Source of the DNA: a virus
Lineage: Duplodnaviria > Caudoviricetes
Virus record (IMG/VR): IMGVR_UViG_3300031519_000133
Coordinates: 1-31,704 of that record
Strand: one strand, 5' to 3'
Length of the DNA: 31,704 nt
In this document: positions 26,821-31,704 of the stretch, piece by piece
How positions within the stretch are numbered: position 1 is the first letter of the stretch
Layout of the letters: each line of letters begins with the position of its first letter
Translations under genes and position numbers: made by a program
Notes under the pieces: model-generated
The model's input: only the letters and a program-made list of their open reading frames with translations
What the model was told of the DNA's origin: nothing
The model's database searches: none

Positions 26821-27285
26821 CTATTTTATATTTTTTTTAACAAAACGTTCTATCCAACCTTTTAGCTCCTTAGCTGCTGGATTAATATGAGACGGCTCAG
26901 TTAAAGGACCAGCTTTCCATTCATCCCAATATCTAGCAATCTTTCCGAGTGCATTAGCTATTTCATCATAGTTCATTGCCTCTATCCAACCAGCTCCCTC
27001 GTTAACGGATTCTTTAGCCATCATAATAGACAGACTATCAGATATATGTTTATTAATAATTTCTTCAGTTTTCTTGTAGTCTTTTTTATCTACATTAATA
27101 ACAGATAAAGTCATAGATAATCTATTAATTTTATATTTAATCTTCGCTCCATCTAAATCTTTTGTTAAGGAATCTAGACCTTTAATAGCCGCTTCGCCGT
27201 CAGTTTTTATACCGAAGGTACTTTCATTAACAGATTCAATTTTTCCTTCATTTAGAAATTCATCAAAATTCTTTAAATTTTTCAT
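26821..27285 (-). CDS. Hypothetical protein with leader MKNLKNFDEFLNE and two internal ESVNE motifs
   Basis: Leader motif; GATATATA 23 nt upstream. Confidence 0.65.
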   Translation of the reverse strand: MKNLKNFDEFLNEGKIESVNESTFGIKTDGEAAIKGLDSLTKDLDGAKIKYKINRLSMTLSVINVDKKDYKKTEEIINKHISDSLSIMMAKESVNEGAGWIEAMNYDEIANALGKIARYWDEWKAGPLTEPSHINPAAKELKGWIERFVKKNIK

Positions 27286-27308
27286 ATTGTCTTTTTTTTT
27301 GATATAAT

Positions 27309-27316
27309 TATATATC
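27309..27316 (-). promoter_or_regulatory. Putative late promoter GATATATA
   Basis: Intergenic; lies within the 16-mer shared with 12184-12199. Confidence 0.65.
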
Positions 27317-27318
27317 CT

Positions 27319-28143
27319 TTAAGCTTCTTGAACTTGTTTGTTTAAACTCCAGGCCCTAGCAAGTCTGGTTAGTCCTATTCCTCCACCAAATCTAGGAAAG
27401 AAATCAAATTTTAAAAAATCTTCTAATTCCTTTTCAACTCGATCTTTTCCGAATAGTTCGAATAATTTGGCTGAATAAGTCTCATCCATTATAGAATAAA
27501 AAATAGATTTCATCTCTTCTTTGCTACAAGATCTTTCTGCGGATCCTATAGTTTCTTGTCCAAATAAAATAACATCTGCTTTATTGAAAGTTCCGTCTTG
27601 ATTCTTTTTCATATTCCAAAACGGAGAAGTTCTTTCAGGGAATTTAGTCAAAAATACATTATCACCTCTTTCTTTCCAAAGTCTAGATTCGTGTTCATCT
27701 TCTATCGTATCTATTCCTCCATACTCTTCACATACCTCATCGTATATACAATCAAAGCCCTTTCCAAAACCTAAATATTCGCAAAGTTCTTTTTCAAGTT
27801 CTATAAGCGCTTCGAAAGATCCTTTTGCCTCGAATTCGAACATTGGAAATATTTTTTCATGTCGACCAGGAATTGGATCTTTTTCATCTCGATAAGAAGT
27901 TGAAATACAAAAACATCCATCCCAATCAGGATTTTTTAGAAGTTCATATTCTAACCACATTTGGCCGGTTTGAGGTAATGGCCAGCGTAATCCATTGTAT
28001 TCGAAAGTTGCTATTGAGAAAGGATTTTCGCAAGCTGCGAGAATTGAAAGTCTTGATTGAGTTGGTACCTCGATGTAATTTTTAGACAAAAAAAATTTGC
28101 GAAGTTTTTGAACTACTTCATTATAAACTGTTGTGTTTTCCAT
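27319..28143 (-). CDS. Class IIb (Asp/Asn/Lys) aminoacyl-tRNA synthetase catalytic-domain paralog lacking the anticodon domain
   Basis: Motif 1 LRKFFLSKNYIEVPT, LPQTGQMWLE, motif 2 SYRDE...GRH..FPMFEFE, ETIGSAER, motif 3 GGGIGLTRL; 274 aa only. Confidence 0.85.
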   Translation of the reverse strand: MENTTVYNEVVQKLRKFFLSKNYIEVPTQSRLSILAACENPFSIATFEYNGLRWPLPQTGQMWLEYELLKNPDWDGCFCISTSYRDEKDPIPGRHEKIFPMFEFEAKGSFEALIELEKELCEYLGFGKGFDCIYDEVCEEYGGIDTIEDEHESRLWKERGDNVFLTKFPERTSPFWNMKKNQDGTFNKADVILFGQETIGSAERSCSKEEMKSIFYSIMDETYSAKLFELFGKDRVEKELEDFLKFDFFPRFGGGIGLTRLARAWSLNKQVQEA

Positions 28144-28149
28144 TTGTTT

Positions 28150-28157
28150 TATATATC
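28150..28157 (-). promoter_or_regulatory. Putative late promoter GATATATA
   Basis: 6 nt upstream of the synthetase-paralog ATG, in a 15-nt gap. Confidence 0.55.
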
Positions 28158-28158
28158 T

Positions 28159-28725
28159 TTACTGAGTTTGAAAGTTAATATCTAGGTCATTAAACGCAAA
28201 AGTGCATTCGAATGTTGAAAATTCCGGAACTATTTCTGAGTACGATAAAGTGAATTCGTTTAATCCTGTGAATAAACAATCTCTAAATAAAGTAGTATAC
28301 ATACAATTACCTTCGGCGTCGAAAATCCTAAGAGGAATGTCAACAGAAAATGGATTTTTAGTTGAATAACTATAATAATGAAAGAAAGTTTCTAGCATTA
28401 TCCAGTAATTAATATTTCCATCTAGTAATTGAAAAGTTATGTTAATAGACCTATCAATTAATAATTCTTGAGATAACGAGGTTCTCCATTTTCTAGTGGT
28501 TCCTCGTTTCCTTTCATTTATACCAGCTTGAGATTGTTCAATAGGGTCATAATTAAAATTAGGCACCGTTATACTCTGTATTGAATAATTTATTAAATCT
28601 GATATATCATCAATAGGTGTAGGTAGCCTAAAAACATAAGGCTCGTAACGCTTCTTGATGCTCTCTGGTATAAAAATTTTAGGCAGTTCTACCTTAAATA
28701 AATCATTTCTGTTGTTCAGTATCAT
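28159..28725 (-). CDS. T4 gp3/gp19-fold tail tube or tail completion protein
   Basis: 'IQSITVPNF', 'INITFQLLDGNINY' and 'LRIFD...LFRDCLFTGL...FECTFAF' follow the gp3 / tail-tube strand pattern; 188 aa. Confidence 0.6.
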   Translation of the reverse strand: MILNNRNDLFKVELPKIFIPESIKKRYEPYVFRLPTPIDDISDLINYSIQSITVPNFNYDPIEQSQAGINERKRGTTRKWRTSLSQELLIDRSINITFQLLDGNINYWIMLETFFHYYSYSTKNPFSVDIPLRIFDAEGNCMYTTLFRDCLFTGLNEFTLSYSEIVPEFSTFECTFAFNDLDINFQTQ

Positions 28726-30914
28726 TAGTCAAAATTTGATCCTTTAGAATCTTTTGGATTAGTTTTAAGATTTTTAGAAGTCTTATCAAAAAATTGATCA
28801 GATGGTTCTATTTTACTTTTTCTATTATTAAAAAATTCAGTTGTGTTATTAATTGTAGATGATTGAGGCAATCCTATATTTTTTTGAATTTGAATAACCG
28901 TATCGTTTACTACGCTATTTATTTCTATTATTTTTTTATTTAATTCATTAATTGTTGATTGTAATATAACAAGTCTATTATCGCTACCTAATTCAGCAGA
29001 TAGTGTAGATTTAGCTTGACTTAGTAATTTATTTATAGTATCTTGCTGAGTTGCTATAGTTTCTTGTGAAGATGAGGCTAAAGAATTTGATAGATTTATT
29101 TGATTTTGATAATCTGTTAATTTATCTTTTTCAGTCAATTCTTGATATTCATTTAAAGAATAAAACTTTCCGCTATATAACAAAGAGCTTTCTCCTTGTT
29201 CATTATTTAAGTACAATCCAAAAGATCTATTACTATATTTTAATATATCAGATGATTGATTTTTAGTTAATCTAAATGCTATTTCACCAGAAGATTTATC
29301 AACAAAGGTTGTAGGAACTTCTTCTATAAGTAACTCCTCTTCGTTGTTATTTTTAAATGATATAATAAAACTTCCTAATCCTGAAACGTTAATAGCCTCA
29401 TTAGAACCACCTCTACCGTTTTGATATAAACTAAATTTCAAATAAGCATTACTATCAGGTATAAGTATTCTAGCTAATCCATTCTCGTATATAACTTTAC
29501 CGTTACCACCTCTCTCTATAACTGATTGATTTTCATTCGGAACTGTTGAATCATCAGAGGATATGGGATTAACCGTTTGATAAGAAATAGAAACCGAATT
29601 GCTATTTATAAATGAAGTTACGTATTTTGTATTATTAATAATCGGTGTATCTAATCTATTTATTGTAATTTCTTTAATAACCTTTTTGTTGTATATCTTA
29701 GTCTGAACCGGATTAGACCCTAAATTAATTGATTGTAATTTTCTACCATACTTAGCAGGAGAATTTGATAAAAATGAAGAAGTTTTCCATATCTGAGTAT
29801 TAGTACTTCTATCAAATAATCTTATAATATAATCAATTTTATAGGATATAGTAGATGCATTTTTAATCACTGGACGATATACGTTAGGTAAGTCATAATC
29901 ATTAGTTTGAGATATTTCTAACTTATCGCTAACTATCCAGTTATATCCACTAACTCCATCATATACGTATTCAGATACTGATAGATCGTGTAATAAAATA
30001 AAATCATATCCACTTCTATTCAAATCCGTTATAAAATCTTCTATAATAATTCCATTATATGCTCCATAAAATTCTATATAATCTCCACCAGAACTTTCTT
30101 TAATTACTGCTGATATAGTAGAAAATTGGTCTTTTAATGGGAGATCAACCTCTATTCCATCATAAAATGTAATGTAATCTTGTTCATCTATTTTAGTTTT
30201 TTCTTTCATCCAAGAAAAACTAGTTTGTATTAATTGATCTTGTTTAAGGCCATTATTGCTGGTAATTCTTTCTACAACAGTATCTCCTGTTAAAACTCCG
30301 GTCCAATAATCAGCTATTAAATTAAAAGAACTTAAGACTCTAACTTCTATATATGATGCATATACCTTACCGCCAAAGAAGAATGGCGAAGGGTTTAGAG
30401 TTTCCCAAGTGTTTGTTTTATTATAAACTAAATTAAGCAAATTTAATTTACCTTTACTTAGTCTTTCTATGTCTATTGTAAAAATAAAACCAAGATTTCC
30501 TTCAAAATTAAATCCTTGAACTAAATGTAATTTAATAGTATCATAAACTGGAGACTGTGGATCATTAAAGACTATAGGAAGCGAACTAGTATTTGTTAGA
30601 TTAGCTGCATAATCATTATAAACAGTAATTTTATCTATATCTAGAAGAGCTCCTTTAAAATTCGATATTGACGCAAATGAATTATTTCTAACATTAGCTG
30701 TACCTAAAGGCGAACCAATAATTAAATTACCAGATGAATCCGAATTAAATATCTGAGGAATCTTCGTAATAGTATTCTCCATTTTCCAAATAGGAGTTGT
30801 TGAAGTACTTAACCTAAATTCGTTACTAGGAACATTAATCTGCGATTGATCAGCGTAAATATATTCTAATAAAATAGAACTAGATAATTGTATGTATCTT
30901 GATGACGTAGCCAT
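28725..30914 (-). CDS. Large hypothetical protein (729 aa), beta-rich with C-terminal coiled coil; probably structural
   Basis: S/T/N/I-rich composition; coupled to the tail-like gene; no family recognised. Confidence 0.45.
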   Translation of the reverse strand: MATSSRYIQLSSSILLEYIYADQSQINVPSNEFRLSTSTTPIWKMENTITKIPQIFNSDSSGNLIIGSPLGTANVRNNSFASISNFKGALLDIDKITVYNDYAANLTNTSSLPIVFNDPQSPVYDTIKLHLVQGFNFEGNLGFIFTIDIERLSKGKLNLLNLVYNKTNTWETLNPSPFFFGGKVYASYIEVRVLSSFNLIADYWTGVLTGDTVVERITSNNGLKQDQLIQTSFSWMKEKTKIDEQDYITFYDGIEVDLPLKDQFSTISAVIKESSGGDYIEFYGAYNGIIIEDFITDLNRSGYDFILLHDLSVSEYVYDGVSGYNWIVSDKLEISQTNDYDLPNVYRPVIKNASTISYKIDYIIRLFDRSTNTQIWKTSSFLSNSPAKYGRKLQSINLGSNPVQTKIYNKKVIKEITINRLDTPIINNTKYVTSFINSNSVSISYQTVNPISSDDSTVPNENQSVIERGGNGKVIYENGLARILIPDSNAYLKFSLYQNGRGGSNEAINVSGLGSFIISFKNNNEEELLIEEVPTTFVDKSSGEIAFRLTKNQSSDILKYSNRSFGLYLNNEQGESSLLYSGKFYSLNEYQELTEKDKLTDYQNQINLSNSLASSSQETIATQQDTINKLLSQAKSTLSAELGSDNRLVILQSTINELNKKIIEINSVVNDTVIQIQKNIGLPQSSTINNTTEFFNNRKSKIEPSDQFFDKTSKNLKTNPKDSKGSNFD

Positions 30915-31703
30915 TTAATTTTGTATTAGATTTTTTTTCTTAAATAATTTTTTAAAGTGTTTATTTAAGTTGTATGTTATACTCAATCCTATTGATATAG
31001 TAGGACCGAATGTTTGATTTACGTGATTATATCCAAGTCCATATCCAATATAAGGACCGAACACTACATCACTTTCGTTACTCTCTTGCATAAACCTTTT
31101 CTTATCTAAAATAGCTCCTTCGATGCTATTGAATACGAGTCCAGGATAATCAGACTTAATAAATATTTGATAACTATTATCTAATTCAGTAAGGCCTGTT
31201 ATTATGTTAAATTTAATCTCATCTTTTATTAATTTAGTATTAATATTAGTAATTAATCCAAAACTATCAACATTAAACGAAGTAGATCCTTTGAAACTCC
31301 TAGCGTTCTTTTTGTTATATGATGTATCCAACGACCAGACTATAGTAGAAGATCCATCCGGCTTATGGATTAAAGTGTCGTGAATTTCTATATATTTAAT
31401 AAGAGTATCCGTAGTATTTATAGTGTCATATATTGTGTTTATAGTTCCACTAGAACTCTGAAAAAATAAAACATCTCCTATTAATCTTTCTACTTCTATT
31501 CCTAATTCTTTATTAACTTTTTCTAATTTCTTCTTATCGCTAATGTATACATTTTTTATCCCAATCTCCTCTCCTAAATTATTTTTAACAATTCTCAATG
31601 TATCAGTTGCAGCCAAAAAGTTTTGATTACCAACTCTTAACTCGGTCCTTAAATTATTATTACTATTGCATTGATACATTAGTAATAAAATAAGAATTAT
31701 TAA
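30915..31703 (-). CDS. Membrane-anchored protein, 5' end beyond the window; possible lysis (spanin-like) component
   Basis: The frame stays open upstream of the track ATG (LIILILLL-MYQC). The C-terminus has an amphipathic beta hairpin GPYIGYGLGY...PTISIGLSITYNL and a basic tail. Confidence 0.45.
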   Translation of the reverse strand, partial: LIILILLLMYQCNSNNNLRTELRVGNQNFLAATDTLRIVKNNLGEEIGIKNVYISDKKKLEKVNKELGIEVERLIGDVLFFQSSSGTINTIYDTINTTDTLIKYIEIHDTLIHKPDGSSTIVWSLDTSYNKKNARSFKGSTSFNVDSFGLITNINTKLIKDEIKFNIITGLTELDNSYQIFIKSDYPGLVFNSIEGAILDKKRFMQESNESDVVFGPYIGYGLGYNHVNQTFGPTISIGLSITYNLNKHFKKLFKKKNLIQN

Positions 31704-31704
31704 T

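Noticed and set aside
27319-28143. Giant eukaryotic virus origin, suggested by the synthetase paralog and the DUF5824/DUF5661-like genes
   Set aside because: The gp55, gp32, gp41, gp61, UvsWXY, gp4 and gp15 homologs, operon packing and intrinsic terminators indicate a T4-like bacteriophage.
2492-29266. All plus-strand ORFs in the track (e.g. 2492-2755, 4714-4914, 6702-6992, 17017-17484, 18205-18513, 25617-25895, 27825-28085, 29066-29266)
   Set aside because: They are antisense shadows of well-supported minus-strand genes, with F/S/L/I-rich composition and no motifs.
1-31704. Stop-codon reassignment, as in some large phages
   Set aside because: Conserved genes are intact in code 11, and TAG/TGA end genes at natural positions (e.g. 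nrdJ right after CAGGACEIL).
1-31704. tRNA genes, CRISPR arrays, transposases, homing endonucleases
   Set aside because: No cloverleaf, regularly spaced repeat-spacer array or such ORF was recognised; most intergenic gaps are too short.

Overview
AT-rich segment of a large T4-like (Caudoviricetes, myovirus-type) phage genome, with every credible gene on the minus strand. It holds a near-complete T4-type replication/recombination set: gp46/gp47, gp41 helicase, UvsX, UvsW, UvsY, gp61 primase, gp32 SSB, a probable clamp, a RuvC-like nuclease, and a family-B DNA polymerase split into two genes about 3.3 kb apart. It also encodes a class II NrdJ, a dUTPase, a gp55-like late sigma factor, gp4/gp15/gp3-like virion completion genes and an anticodon-less Asp/Asn-tRNA-synthetase paralog. 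The main unexplained structure is a set of about a dozen unrelated small proteins sharing an N-terminal leader (MKxLxx[FY]x[DE][FY]LNE). It resembles the T4 internal-protein capsid-targeting sequence followed by a prohead-protease site. These genes sit in arrays behind a recurring GATATATA motif (candidate late promoter). One member is an unannotated 30-aa, 9-Cys metallothionein-like ORF at 1051-1143. A-rich start contexts without Shine-Dalgarno sequences suggest a Bacteroidota host. All family calls come from motif recognition by eye; no searches were run.
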